Part shown: positions 22,072-34,000 of the stretch, piece by piece | Position numbering within the stretch: position 1 is the stretch's first letter | Layout: each line of letters begins with the position of its first letter | Assembly: GCA_001661245.1 (NCBI GenBank) | Contig: KV454011.1 | Location: 828,956-892,955 of the forward strand | DNA length: 64,000 nt | Origin: Pachysolen tannophilus NRRL Y-2460 | Taxonomy: Eukaryota | Direction of reading: 5' to 3' | Program-made: the position numbers and the translations under genes | The notes under the pieces: model-generated | What the model saw: the letters and a program-made list of their open reading frames with translations, nothing else | What the model was told of the DNA's origin: nothing | Database searches by the model: none

Positions 22072-22923
22072 ATGATTAGTTGTTTGATTAATAGTAGTTT
22101 TACAACAATGTGTAATATTCATCCATTGTTGGTAGAATTAAATAATTTATCAAACAATGAAAGTGAAATTCAAGATCTTGTAATTAGATCTTTGCAGTCA
22201 TTATCTTTTAATAGTTATAAAAAAATCATAGATAAAGTTGATTTTAACCAAAACGAAAAATTATACAATACTTTAGAGATATTTACTTTTTATAATGGTA
22301 ATTTATGTGATTTTTGGCTTAAAAATGGGGATTTATTTATAAAAAATACCAATAAGCAATTGATTTTGAAAATAATTCAAATTTCTTTAGTTAATTTTGT
22401 ATTAAATGACGCAAAGAATTTCAATTCCAAAATTTCTTTTAATTCATTAATTGAATATTTGAAGTTAATGGAATTATTTCCTAATAATGGGAATTATAAT
22501 GGATTGTTGGAAATCATTTTAATTAAGGTATCAATTGATAATTTGATTGATATTGTTATAGATAATCCAACTAATTCCGTAATAATTACTGATTTTAAAT
22601 CAAGAGATATTTATGATGGGATTAAAAAATTAAAAATTTTAAAACAAGATCAGGTTTTCGCTAAGAGCCCAATTATGGAGAATTTGATAAGATTTAAAAA
22701 AATCAAGTTGCTGAAGGCTATTAAAAATTTAGAAGTTAATACTGATGAAGAAGTAGTAGTGGCGCCTGATATGAATGAACTAATAAAGAAATTGATAAAG
22801 AGAAATTTGAATGAAATCAATAGCCTAGTAGATTATGAAGGGAAATTCAATCAATGTGAAGAAGCAGTTAATGATAAAGCAGAATCAATAAGTAAATCAA
22901 GGAAGAGGAAAGTTGGAGAATAA
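22072..22923 (+). CDS. CSN9: Probable COP9 signalosome subunit Csn9/Csn7-like (start could be ATG 22108)
   Basis: LYNTLEIF segment and PCI-like character; convergent with SDH4 as YDR179C/YDR178W. Confidence 0.5.
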   Translation: MISCLINSSFTTMCNIHPLLVELNNLSNNESEIQDLVIRSLQSLSFNSYKKIIDKVDFNQNEKLYNTLEIFTFYNGNLCDFWLKNGDLFIKNTNKQLILKIIQISLVNFVLNDAKNFNSKISFNSLIEYLKLMELFPNNGNYNGLLEIILIKVSIDNLIDIVIDNPTNSVIITDFKSRDIYDGIKKLKILKQDQVFAKSPIMENLIRFKKIKLLKAIKNLEVNTDEEVVVAPDMNELIKKLIKRNLNEINSLVDYEGKFNQCEEAVNDKAESISKSRKRKVGE

Positions 22924-23263
22924 AGAGTTTTAACTTCTCGCCTCACTCATGGGCACCTATATATAATAATGAATGATTTTACGATAGATAATTTTTATAT
23001 ACACTTAAATATATATATATAAATTAAAGATGAATATGAATATGATGAATTTTTTTATTTTTGGTTTTTTTTTCTTCAATATATATAGATAGACCGAAAT
23101 AAAAATAAATATTTATAATAAACATAAAAGCGTCAAACTTTACAGTTGAAAGATAAAGAGATCTTGGTGGAGGGGAAAAAAAAAAAATAAAAAATAAAAT
23201 AAAATAAAATAAATTAAAAAAACAAAACAATATGAATTTAATCAAATTAAATTAAATTTTCTA

Positions 23264-23779
23264 TTATGCCTTGGCTAATTTTTTAACAATACCACTGACT
23301 CCACCTTCTTCCTTTTTCTCAATTTGGTAAACACCATAAGCACTAACCAAGGAACCAAATGTCAATAAATACATAGCGTAATGATGCCAAACACCATAAA
23401 CTCTCAAAGGAATATAATCAATAATACAAGACTGGAAACCAATATGACAATGCAATATTAAAAGAGAAGATAAAATACTATCAACAAAACCAAAACTAGA
23501 TCCAGTAACTAATGGAACAGCGCTTAATGGTATTAAAGCTGCAGAAACAAGTCTTTCTGAAGTCCAATGTCTTGAACCATGAACCTTATCAGAATCAGGT
23601 ACAGCTGTTGCATCATTAACCCCACCAACAACATATCCCGGTGGTTGTGGAATTGTCTTTATAAAATTTCTTTTACTTTGTAATAAAAATAATGGTGTCT
23701 TTTTAGAAATCGCACTATTAAGTTGGAAAGACCGTAATCCAACCATTGAAGATCTCTTGCTAAACAAACTTAATGACAT
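23264..23779 (-). CDS. SDH4: Succinate dehydrogenase membrane anchor (CybS)
   Basis: HGSRHWTSER and HCHIGFQSCIIDYIP motifs; mitochondrial presequence. Confidence 0.93.
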   Translation of the reverse strand: MSLSLFSKRSSMVGLRSFQLNSAISKKTPLFLLQSKRNFIKTIPQPPGYVVGGVNDATAVPDSDKVHGSRHWTSERLVSAALIPLSAVPLVTGSSFGFVDSILSSLLILHCHIGFQSCIIDYIPLRVYGVWHHYAMYLLTFGSLVSAYGVYQIEKKEEGGVSGIVKKLAKA

Positions 23780-24356
23780 CTTAAACTTATTATTTAAATT
23801 TCTTCTTCGATTCTATCTCAAACAAAACAGAGAACCAAAAAAAAAAAAAATAAAAAATAAAATATAAAAAATTTAATAATTGATAAATAATTAAAACATA
23901 AATATTAATAATGCTTTTCTTCTCCTTTCTTCTTCTCTTCTTTTTTTCTTTTTTTTTTTGACCTTCTTTATTTGGAGGGTTTGATACTTGTTCTGGGTCT
24001 TCGGACCCGAATTACAAGTAGTTTTTATGGGGATTACAAAAGTCGTGCGTTCAGTTTACACAATTCTTAATAATTTGTAAAATGCTATTGGTTTCTAAGT
24101 ATTTTCCCCGTAATTTTACGGCCGGAAAAACAAAAAACAAAAAAATTTTGAATGACGTTCGGTAAAAACATCGTCGTGTGCAAAATACCACAAGTGACGA
24201 AATAGGAAGCTGGCGCGTACTACACTACTATCACAAAAGTTATAATTTAGTTTCCCTTTTGGGAATTTAATTTAAACGCTGTATGTATAAAAAAAATATA
24301 TATTGTAAATACATATTGTAAAATATATTTTTGTAAATATATTATTCATTTAACAA

Positions 24357-25426
24357 ATGACTTCGTTGATCTGGAATAAGATCAAAGTCAGGTCGTCAGT
24401 AAGTTTGTTTTATGATCGTAAAAGAAAAAAAAAAAGAACGAAAAAACTAACTAGATTTTTTTTTTTTTTTTTGCATTTTAGGAATTGTCCTTGTATCGCG
24501 TACTAAGATGTGGACAAGCTTTTAGATGGAAACAAATTAATGAAGTATGGTCTTGTTCATTACATGGTAGAGTCATATTTTTAAAGCAAGACCAAGATTT
24601 TGTATATTACGCGTCGGTATTTGCATCTGGAAAGCAACCCAAGTTAGATGATACACAATCTTTAATAGAAGATTATTTTCAATTATCTGTAAATTTAACT
24701 GAATTATATACGTACTGGAATAAAATTGATGCAAATTTTAATAAAAATGCATTAAACTTCACAGGGATTAGGATCTTGAGACAAGATCCATGGGAAAATT
24801 TGGTTTCATTTATTTGTTCAAGTAATAATAATATTAAGAGAATTTCAAAAATGTGTAATTCATTATGTGAAAATTTTGGAACTTTTATTAATAAAATTGA
24901 TGATATAAATTATTATGATTTCCCAACTCCAGAACAATTAGCTAAAATTGAAGGTCTTGAACTGAAATTAAGAGATTTAGGCTTTGGATATAGAGCAAGT
25001 TATATACTGCTGACTTCTAAAATGATTACACTGGAAAAAGATGGTTTACAAAAATTGATCAATTTGAGAAATGAATCATATGAGACATGTTTCCAAAAAT
25101 TAATTCAATTTAAAGGAGTAGGGCCTAAAGTAGCAGACTGCGTTTGTTTAATGAGTTTAGATAAACATGATATTGTGCCGATTGATACTCATGTTTTCAA
25201 TATTGTTAAAAGAGATTATAAATTTAAATCATCTTCCAAAAATTTAAATAATAAATTGTATTTGGAAATAAGACATTTCTTGAAAAAATTATGGGGGGAA
25301 TATGCTGGATGGGCTCATAGTATCTTATTCACTGCAGATTTAAAAGATTTGAATAATGGAATCAATAAGAGCGAAAAAATAATAAATAAATCTATGAAAA
25401 TGATTAAAATAGAGGAAATTAAATAA
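24357..25426 (+). CDS. OGG1: 8-oxoguanine DNA glycosylase; exons 24357-24398 and 24482-25426
   Basis: Intron GTAAGT(24399)..AACTAAC(24445)..TAG(24481); CGQAFRW, ICSSNNNI, GVGPKVADC, VPIDTH motifs. Confidence 0.95.
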
Positions 25427-25519
25427 ATGCAAAAAAAAAAAAAAAAANAAAAAAATAATTATATATATAATAAAATATAATAGTTACGTTTTTTTTTTTA
25501 GGAAAAAATGATTAATTTT

Positions 25520-26494
25520 TCATACGTCACTTAATTTTATAATTTTTGGCGGTAATATTGGATCTATTACTATGACAGAATTGTTTAGTTTAATCTTAAT
25601 GATGGGTCCAAGTTTTGAACACCTTTTCCGTAATCTTTTCCTTTTCAAATCAGCCACTTTCATGGTTAAATCTTCTTCTTCATCACTAGATTCATCATTT
25701 TGTTCATTATTTCTTAAACTTGACTCTTTTTTTTTCAAATTCTCAAATTTTTCCATAAATTCTTCAAGTTCAAATATAGTCAATTTATACTTTAAATTTA
25801 TCTCTTCTAAATTTCTTAAATCATTGATTTTTGTAATTGAAGTAAGTTTTTTGAAAACATCATTAAAAGGATTTGATAATGAATTTATTATCATCAAATT
25901 CCCATTATCATTTGTACACATTGTTTTCTGTTTTTTTGATTTGGAAACTTTTAAAGGTTCTTCAGCCTTTACGTATTGATTCCCATGAAACGATTTCTTG
26001 TGGCTATGTTTCCCTTTCCCATTGACTAAAAGTTTTTCATCTTTCCTTTTTCTCAGTGTATTAATATTTTCTTGTAACATATTTAAAGTATTTAATTGTT
26101 CACTATAATTATCAAATTGGAAAAATAATAAATTTTTATCTATATTTGCCATTTTCTTCTCTTCTTTCTCCATCTTGGTATGATATTTCAAATATAATTC
26201 ATCATTCAATGTATCTTTCTTATGCTTTATCGATTTTATCCTCTTCTTTGTAACATAGTGATATAACAAAGGTGCTTTTAAAGTTTTCTTATTTATCACT
26301 ATTGATCTATTTCGTATACAATACAAATTGGTGTTTATTGTAGAAGTCGCAGATACAGCTATTGGAAGCTTTTTAGGCAATTTCTGAACTAGATAATTAT
26401 CAAAATCAAACTTATCCTCATCATTCACAACCTCATGAATCTCCTCCTTCTCTTTCACATATTGATTCGTGTTTCTTAATTGACGTTTGTTCAT
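25520..26494 (-). CDS. SAS4: SAS complex subunit Sas4
   Basis: DTLNDELY..YHTKMEKEEKKM and LTSITKIND segments; divergent from CDC1 as YDR181C/YDR182W. Confidence 0.75.
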   Translation of the reverse strand: MNKRQLRNTNQYVKEKEEIHEVVNDEDKFDFDNYLVQKLPKKLPIAVSATSTINTNLYCIRNRSIVINKKTLKAPLLYHYVTKKRIKSIKHKKDTLNDELYLKYHTKMEKEEKKMANIDKNLLFFQFDNYSEQLNTLNMLQENINTLRKRKDEKLLVNGKGKHSHKKSFHGNQYVKAEEPLKVSKSKKQKTMCTNDNGNLMIINSLSNPFNDVFKKLTSITKINDLRNLEEINLKYKLTIFELEEFMEKFENLKKKESSLRNNEQNDESSDEEEDLTMKVADLKRKRLRKRCSKLGPIIKIKLNNSVIVIDPILPPKIIKLSDV

Positions 26495-26693
26495 CGTCAC
26501 TTTGTTTCTTTCCGTTTGTTTTTTTGTCTCTTTTTAAAATTCAAAAATATCAACAGCTGAAAAATAAAAATAAAAATATAAAAAAATATAAAAAAATATA
26601 TAATATAAAATATAAAAAATTAAAAAAACTTAAAGATAAATTCTATTCAATTATAATTTTTAGATAAGTTTCAATCTTTAAAAATTGTTGGAA

Positions 26694-28214
26694 ATGGATA
26701 AAGTGACGAGGCGTGTCAGTATCGGGAATATTGGGAACAATGATGGAGATATATTACCTCTTCACAATGAAAAGGAAAATGCTAAATTAAAGCCAAAATT
26801 ATACACTAGTTCTAAGAATGGAGGGATATTATCGAAATTGCGACTTAAACATTTGTTGATTTCTTTTATTGCTTGGTTTTGCTTATTAAAATATTATGAA
26901 AGAATAGTTGTTAAGAAAAATATCAAGGCGTGTGATTGGTCTAATTGGGAATCTTTTGATGGTGTAAAGCAAACCGATAGTGTACAGCCATATCATATAC
27001 TGTTGGTAGCTGATCCTCAATTGATTGATGATTCTTCTTATCCGGGGAGACCTAATTTTATCAAATATTTTGTAAAAAAAATAAGTGATAATTACCTTCA
27101 TAGAAATTACATGATTTCAAACAATTATTTGAAACCAGATAGAACAATATTTTTAGGGGATTTGTTTGATGGTGGTATAGATTTGGTTGAAGATAGCGAA
27201 AAATGGTATAAAGAGTTTGGAAGATTTAAAAGAATTTTCCCTCAATTTGAAGATATTAATACAGTGATGTCCTTACCTGGAAATCACGATATTGGATTTG
27301 GTGATGGAATTAATATAACTGTATTGAACAGATTTGAAACTTTTTTCGGTCCTACAAATGATTACATTAATATCGCTAATCATTCTATAATATTATTGGA
27401 CACAATGTCATTATCTGCTTATAATAATGATTTAGTAAATGAACGTCCAAAAGAGTTTATCAAAATGATCACTGAGACGTTGGGACAGCATCCAAAAATA
27501 TTACTTTCTCATGTTCCTTTATATAGATCACCAGACAAGCAAACATGTGGGAAATTAAGGGAACAACAAAAGAAACCATTCCCGATAATGAGAGGAAAAC
27601 AATATCAGACAGTGTTAGATTATGAGCTTTCTCAAGAATTATTGAAAAATATCGATCCTGTATTGATATTCAGTGGAGATGATCACGATTATTGTCATAT
27701 TAGTCATAATTATATCCTTAATGGCGAGAATAATGTCGTTGATGAAATTAGTATAAAATCAGCTGCGATGACAAGTGGAATAAAATATCCTGCTGTGCAA
27801 TTGTTGTCATTATACAATCCTGAGAATAAAATTACGGATGATAAGCCTACATTTCAGACAAAAATTTGCTACATGCCCAGTCCCTATTTAGCATTGAATG
27901 TCTACGTGTTCCTGATAACTTTCAATATTTTAACATTCTTGATGGTATTGATATTTCCAGATTTCACACTTCATTATTTACAAAAAAGGTTCAACAATTC
28001 AAGTTTTGTAAAAAAATATGAATTACCATTGAACAGAAAAAGGCCCTCAATAGATTTCGGTAAAAATTTCAAGAAATTTAACATCACTACCAACTTGAAA
28101 CCGGTAGATTTGAATATTCCCCTTGAAAAAGATATAAAAGGATTTTTATTGAATACTTGTATATTAATCATTGGTGTTTATTTAATATTTGGTTATTTTT
28201 TCAGAAGTATATAA
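26694..28214 (+). CDS. CDC1: Mn-dependent metallophosphoesterase (GPI remodelling)
   Basis: ADPQ, GDLFDGG, PGNHDIG, SHVPL, SGDDHDYC motifs; transmembrane segments. Confidence 0.93.
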   Translation: MDKVTRRVSIGNIGNNDGDILPLHNEKENAKLKPKLYTSSKNGGILSKLRLKHLLISFIAWFCLLKYYERIVVKKNIKACDWSNWESFDGVKQTDSVQPYHILLVADPQLIDDSSYPGRPNFIKYFVKKISDNYLHRNYMISNNYLKPDRTIFLGDLFDGGIDLVEDSEKWYKEFGRFKRIFPQFEDINTVMSLPGNHDIGFGDGINITVLNRFETFFGPTNDYINIANHSIILLDTMSLSAYNNDLVNERPKEFIKMITETLGQHPKILLSHVPLYRSPDKQTCGKLREQQKKPFPIMRGKQYQTVLDYELSQELLKNIDPVLIFSGDDHDYCHISHNYILNGENNVVDEISIKSAAMTSGIKYPAVQLLSLYNPENKITDDKPTFQTKICYMPSPYLALNVYVFLITFNILTFLMVLIFPDFTLHYLQKRFNNSSFVKKYELPLNRKRPSIDFGKNFKKFNITTNLKPVDLNIPLEKDIKGFLLNTCILIIGVYLIFGYFFRSI

Positions 28215-28276
28215 AGATAAAAGTTATATTACATTAATTTTATTTCCGTTTTTTTTTTCTTTTTTTTTTTTTATTA

Positions 28277-30760
28277 TCATTTAGCATAATCTGATCTTTT
28301 CATTATGTATTGTTTCACAACATATGGTTTCAACTTTGCCAATCGTCCTTCTTTCATCAAGGAAGGTAGTAATTCTTTTTGCACTGTAAATAAATTGGCA
28401 ATTTCTCTTAAAACATTGAATTCTTCAAACTCATCGTCAACATCATCTCCAAAACCAACTCTGAACTCAGTTATCACAGACTGATATCTTACTATATCTT
28501 GAGTCAATACTAATCCACCATTCTCATTAATTTGGAATTTTTTCAAGTGTAATAACAAATGATTCAACAATATAAAGTTAATTTCAATTAATAATTTTTT
28601 CAAGTTTTGATTTTTTAAACCAAAAATTCTTAACAACTGCGATAGTATATTATTCAAAAACAAACACGTTTCTTCACATGCTTCTGTATTTTCTTGGATT
28701 AATTCTAAGTCCGAAGAGTTTTTGATTAAAAAATCTTTCTTTTTCTGTTTCGATAGATTGAAAGCAATTTTATTCGAAATTAATTGAAGTGTGTCCTTCA
28801 TTATGAATGTTATTGCCAATTCGCATCTTGTTAAATACCCATTCATTAAAGCAATCAATCTGTTTTTAATTTGTGGTGAATTAACAATTAATGGCAATAT
28901 AACGCTTTTTACCATAGACGAAATCACAGATAAAATTTCATTTGTTTGATTTATCACATTTAAATACTGAAAATTAAGGTAATTTGAATTTTTATAATCT
29001 TGTTGAATAATTCCAACATTATATGACACTTCTAGAGCCACATCTATGTATGACTTACCGATGCCAACAATAACTATTTCTAAGATTCTCAAGAAATATT
29101 CAGATGATTTCAGTGGAGTTATTTCTAATATTCTCAATATCGACTCACCAGTAGCCATGATCATTCTATCAACTTTGTCAAAGTCCATTTGAATATTATA
29201 GTTGTTGCCCGTGTTGGTTATTGGTTCATTCAAAATTTTAGAACGAATTACTTTTTGATGTTCTTTTGTGGAAGACGATCTTTCTAAGTGAGAATTTATG
29301 AAATGACTTAAAGAACTCAATTTACTTTTTTCCAATATTGTATTACTTAATCTATTTGTACTTATTGTGGCTGTATCATTGATAGAATTTGCCAACTCAA
29401 GATCATTATCTGACCCACTGTTTTTATTGAATTTTTTAATTCTTTGAGATAATTTTTGGTCTTTAACCAATTTTTCATTAATCATTTCAAATTTTGCAAC
29501 TGTTGAATAAATGATTTCTTCTAGTGATTTATGTTCTGATTCAAAATAATTTTTCTTATATCCTGTAAACAAATCAGAAAAACTTTGATCCAAGACAGCT
29601 GCCAAATCGTTATTGTCATCCAATTCATTTGTCAGGAAAAAATCTTTTAAATCGCTTGTTAATTTCAGAATTGATTTGTATAGGCAATAAAAATACCTCA
29701 CGTATGTTAAATTGGAAACTTTCAAAGAATAATTTAACAATAAAGCTACTCTATTTGATAAAATTTGAGCATAAATTCTTTCAATAAATATTTTCAAAAC
29801 AGCTATTGAATTATCAAATACTTTTACTATTGCCCGTGATTCTGTTTTAATAGATAATTCAATAAATTCAAATAACTCAACAGATTTACGATCACATTCA
29901 AATTTGTGATTATCGATATCCTTAAAAAGAGACCAAACATCATAATCGGCAATATTGTCGTTTATATCATTTATCTCTTGATGAAAAATTTCCGACTGAT
30001 TTATGAATAATTGAATAACACTACCACCTCCGTTGAAATTGAACAATAAATCTGAATTTTCTCTTAATGTTTCAAAATCTTGATTCTTATATGATTCCTC
30101 ACATATGTTTAAGAGATGTTTTTCTAAATTTTCAGAGTATTTCAAGATCAATTCATGGCATTCTTTTGAATTTGTCAAATCATTCGATATTAATTTTTCA
30201 GAAAATTTTAGCAATTTTGATATAGTTGACATACATTTTTTGTTATCTTGTTGTCTATTACTCGATTGTAATTCGTCTAATTCCTCACAAATCCCATTTT
30301 TATAGAAATCATTATAGCATCTTACCAAAAATACTACTGAACTTAAATTTTCCTTAGACTTGACACTTTTTTGTAAACTTTCACCTAAAGGACTCAATAT
30401 ACTAGAAACATTGGTAACTGCCTCATCTAATGAAGTAAACTTTGAATGCATGGAATCAACAATTGATGCAATTTTCAAGACATTCTTACTGTGAAGTATT
30501 TCATATTGAGAAACTTCCAGCTCAGATTTTTGTTTCTTCGCATTACCTTCCTCACTAAGTTTTTTCAATTGAGTCAATGTAGATTCAAATGTTCTTATAT
30601 ACGGCTTTGGATCAAGATACTCAACTGAGTTAACCTCTCCACTTTTCAACGAGTGATCTTTACTCAACTGTTCAATAAATTCTGGAACAGTTAACCCATT
30701 TAAAAAATTATCCAAAGTTAACAATTTATTGGTTTCATCATCTATATCATAAATGTTCAT
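28277..30760 (-). CDS. SEC10: Exocyst subunit Sec10
   Basis: LDPKPYIRTFE motif, FNGG, KQKKKDF. Confidence 0.93.
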   Translation of the reverse strand: MNIYDIDDETNKLLTLDNFLNGLTVPEFIEQLSKDHSLKSGEVNSVEYLDPKPYIRTFESTLTQLKKLSEEGNAKKQKSELEVSQYEILHSKNVLKIASIVDSMHSKFTSLDEAVTNVSSILSPLGESLQKSVKSKENLSSVVFLVRCYNDFYKNGICEELDELQSSNRQQDNKKCMSTISKLLKFSEKLISNDLTNSKECHELILKYSENLEKHLLNICEESYKNQDFETLRENSDLLFNFNGGGSVIQLFINQSEIFHQEINDINDNIADYDVWSLFKDIDNHKFECDRKSVELFEFIELSIKTESRAIVKVFDNSIAVLKIFIERIYAQILSNRVALLLNYSLKVSNLTYVRYFYCLYKSILKLTSDLKDFFLTNELDDNNDLAAVLDQSFSDLFTGYKKNYFESEHKSLEEIIYSTVAKFEMINEKLVKDQKLSQRIKKFNKNSGSDNDLELANSINDTATISTNRLSNTILEKSKLSSLSHFINSHLERSSSTKEHQKVIRSKILNEPITNTGNNYNIQMDFDKVDRMIMATGESILRILEITPLKSSEYFLRILEIVIVGIGKSYIDVALEVSYNVGIIQQDYKNSNYLNFQYLNVINQTNEILSVISSMVKSVILPLIVNSPQIKNRLIALMNGYLTRCELAITFIMKDTLQLISNKIAFNLSKQKKKDFLIKNSSDLELIQENTEACEETCLFLNNILSQLLRIFGLKNQNLKKLLIEINFILLNHLLLHLKKFQINENGGLVLTQDIVRYQSVITEFRVGFGDDVDDEFEEFNVLREIANLFTVQKELLPSLMKEGRLAKLKPYVVKQYIMKRSDYAK

Positions 30761-31030
30761 GCTTGCTTCTCAGGCCTAAACTAGCTTCGATCAACCTCGT
30801 AAATTATTCAATTTTAATAATTATCAAAGAAATACGTATAATTCGAGATTTGTTTATCATCATCAATTTTAGTATATTTTTAAAAACGCCCTATTTCAAA
30901 CCAAAATTTACAAATTTACAACATTTGAGCGATGCGAAATAATGCTAAATAATGCGAAATTTATTATAAACCGAAATAATACCCCTAAATGATGATAGCT
31001 ATATAGCTAATAATATATATACGTGAGCCG

Positions 31031-34000
31031 TTATTCGTCAAAGTCTTCTGAAGCAAAGTCAACAGAAAATATGCGAACGAAGTAGTTGCAAACTTTGAAG
31101 CAGTTATCTAGATCTTCCAAATCAATCAACAAATCTAAATCATTCACTTCTAGTTTAAGATTAGTTTCTCTTGATTTGATAGTGGAAGCGTTTTTCAAAT
31201 CTTTATCAGTTTTTTTCAAATCAGGTTTGAAATTTTTAACTCTTTCTTCTGAAAGATTACTGTACATCAGGAACAAAAAATTTCTAAATTTTAAAAAAAT
31301 CCCATAAATATGAGCTAAAATTGATAATTTTTCCCAATTTTTCATGTCAGAATCATTATTTTCAAATGCTTTTGAGATCAATAATGAAAGATTAATTCCT
31401 TCTCGAGAAAGTGTTTTGTCAAGCCCATAAATCAAAATATAAGCTTCTTCTAAACTGTTAATTTCACAATTGCTCAAATTTCTAATTAAAAATAATATAA
31501 AATTTTTATGAAATTTTAACTTTTCTAAATCATTTTCGTTTAAGTTCATTACAAACGTTTTGATTATCGATAATAAAAATTTCTTCCTTGAATTCTTGGA
31601 ATTTCCAATAACATTCATAAAATTCTTCAAAAACCCATTATTTTCAACATGAAATGCTTTTAAGTCGTTATTATTAATCTTCATGCGATATACAATAGCC
31701 AATTTAATACCTTCTATGTAATTTGATTCAATTAAAGATTCATATTTTTCATATAATTCACTATGAATTTCCAATGCCGAGTCTCTAATAATGGTAGTTG
31801 GGTTAGACTCTAATGCAATAACGGTTGGAATTATTAATTTAGGATTGACAAAACCTAACTTAACAACCAACTTCAAAAAATTGATAGCTAATATTGAATG
31901 ATTGCCATTGTCAAATAAACAATTAGCCAAAATTTGATTGATATACCTTTGAACCAATGATGCACAAATACCATCATTGACAAATAATGATGAATTACCA
32001 TGGAATACATCAACATTAAGTTTATTTGAATTTGATGATGATTTGTTGATTGCTACTTCTGTCTTAGATAAATTTTTGTTCTCTTCTTCTTGTAAAAAAT
32101 CGGCAATTCCTTGAATTATGACTTCTTTCACATCTATATTCTGTGAATTAATCTGCTCATTGAAGTTATCATCAATAACTTTTAATATTGATTCATCCAT
32201 AAATAATTTTGGTTGAGAAATACATATATTTATCAAATTTCTTATTGCAACTCTTTTGATTTGATGATTGAAATCATCTTTACTGCAAAAAAATAACAAA
32301 TATCTAACCATCATGGTTGCAATCGATTCATCTTTTTCTTTACACCAGATATTTTCTTTCATAAATATCTTTCTGGATCTCGAATCAAGAGAATCAAAAT
32401 CACAATATCTTCCAAAATTACCAATAAGATATAATAATCTCAATATTTTGGGAACATTTTCGTTTTTCAAGATATTGTCTGTACTAGAGATTGTATCCAT
32501 ATAACTTTTTGTCAATTTTAAACAAGAAACACAAGCATTAGATATTCTAACAGTATCTTTTTTTAAAATTGAAAGTCTCCAAAGACAAGGCATGGCTTCA
32601 TTCAATTCTTTAACATTAAATTTTGTCAAACGCCGCAATAAAGAAAGTTGGCAATCGTTAACGAATGTAGGTCTCAAATTTTTTGTTTCCGGTAAAGAAT
32701 GCCTGAATATATTTAAAGTATAGTAGCAAATGTTATCACCCGTTACAGATTCATCAGTTAAATATGGCTGTAAAGAAGTCAATTGATCTTGTGAAATCAA
32801 TTTCCCATCAAGTTTCGTTATGACAGATAATAAACCCATGGATTTTTCAATTTTTAATCTATGTTCTTTTGAATCAACGAATTCAATTATAAAATCCAAG
32901 GTTTTATCAATCAATAGCTTTAATGCTTCCATTATGATTTGACGCTGTTTTGCATTTTCCTCTTCTTCTCCATTATGAATCACATATTTGTTCAAAAAAT
33001 GTTCAAAATAGTTCCAATTTTTTTCGTTTTTACTGATAACGTCTAAGATAATCTCTATTCTGGCCATACAGATGACTCTGTTGTAGGCTTCATCTTCGGG
33101 ACTTCTTTCGTTATATAAAGAAATGAACCACAAATCCAATAATGCATTCTTACACAATTCAATAATAGTTCCTTCTTCATCTTCTTGAATTCTTTTCAAA
33201 AATTTTTGGCAAATCAATATTTTAACAGCTTTTTTATTTGTATTCAAATAAAGATTTCTTAATAATTTGGAAACTCTTTTCCTAACTCCCAAACTACTAT
33301 CGTCCATTCTTTGACATAGAACCTGATAAAATTCATCGATGAGCTCGGGTTTTGATTGATCTAAATACTGGCTAACAAGATCAATACAAGCATCTCTAAC
33401 TAATGGAGAATTATCATTCATTCTACTGCTTATCGAACTTTTAATGGATGGAAAAGCCAACAATGAAGGTTGTCTTGAAACCAAGGAAGACAAATTCTTA
33501 ATTCCTCTCGTTCTAGATTTTATCTTCGTATGGTCTAATGATTTTACTATCAAATTCAAGAAATTGTCATATAAACTTAATAATGAATCTGACATTAATA
33601 TGTTGTTATAGCTTTTGAGTGAAGAGGATTCTATATTTGAATCTGAGACATCATTTTTAAAAAATTTAGAGTTATTCTCATAAAAAACAGAAGAGATTAA
33701 CAGCATATGAAAATCATTGACATAAGTGAAGCTATTTTTGTCCTCTTCTTTTAATTTAAAAAGTAACGGATGCAACTTGTTTAATAATTTAAATATTAAG
33801 AAATTGAAAGATTCTTCATAGTTGAATGAACTTCTGTGAAAGTAAGTATTCCCGATTTCGTTATTGACCAAGTTTGAATGTTGCAAATATTCCAAACAAT
33901 TTAAGTACGATTTGGTCAATTCATCAAACTCTTGCCGTTCTGAACACTCCTTGTTGAATTCATCATGATTTTGTCTCAACGACAACATTGCACAACCAAT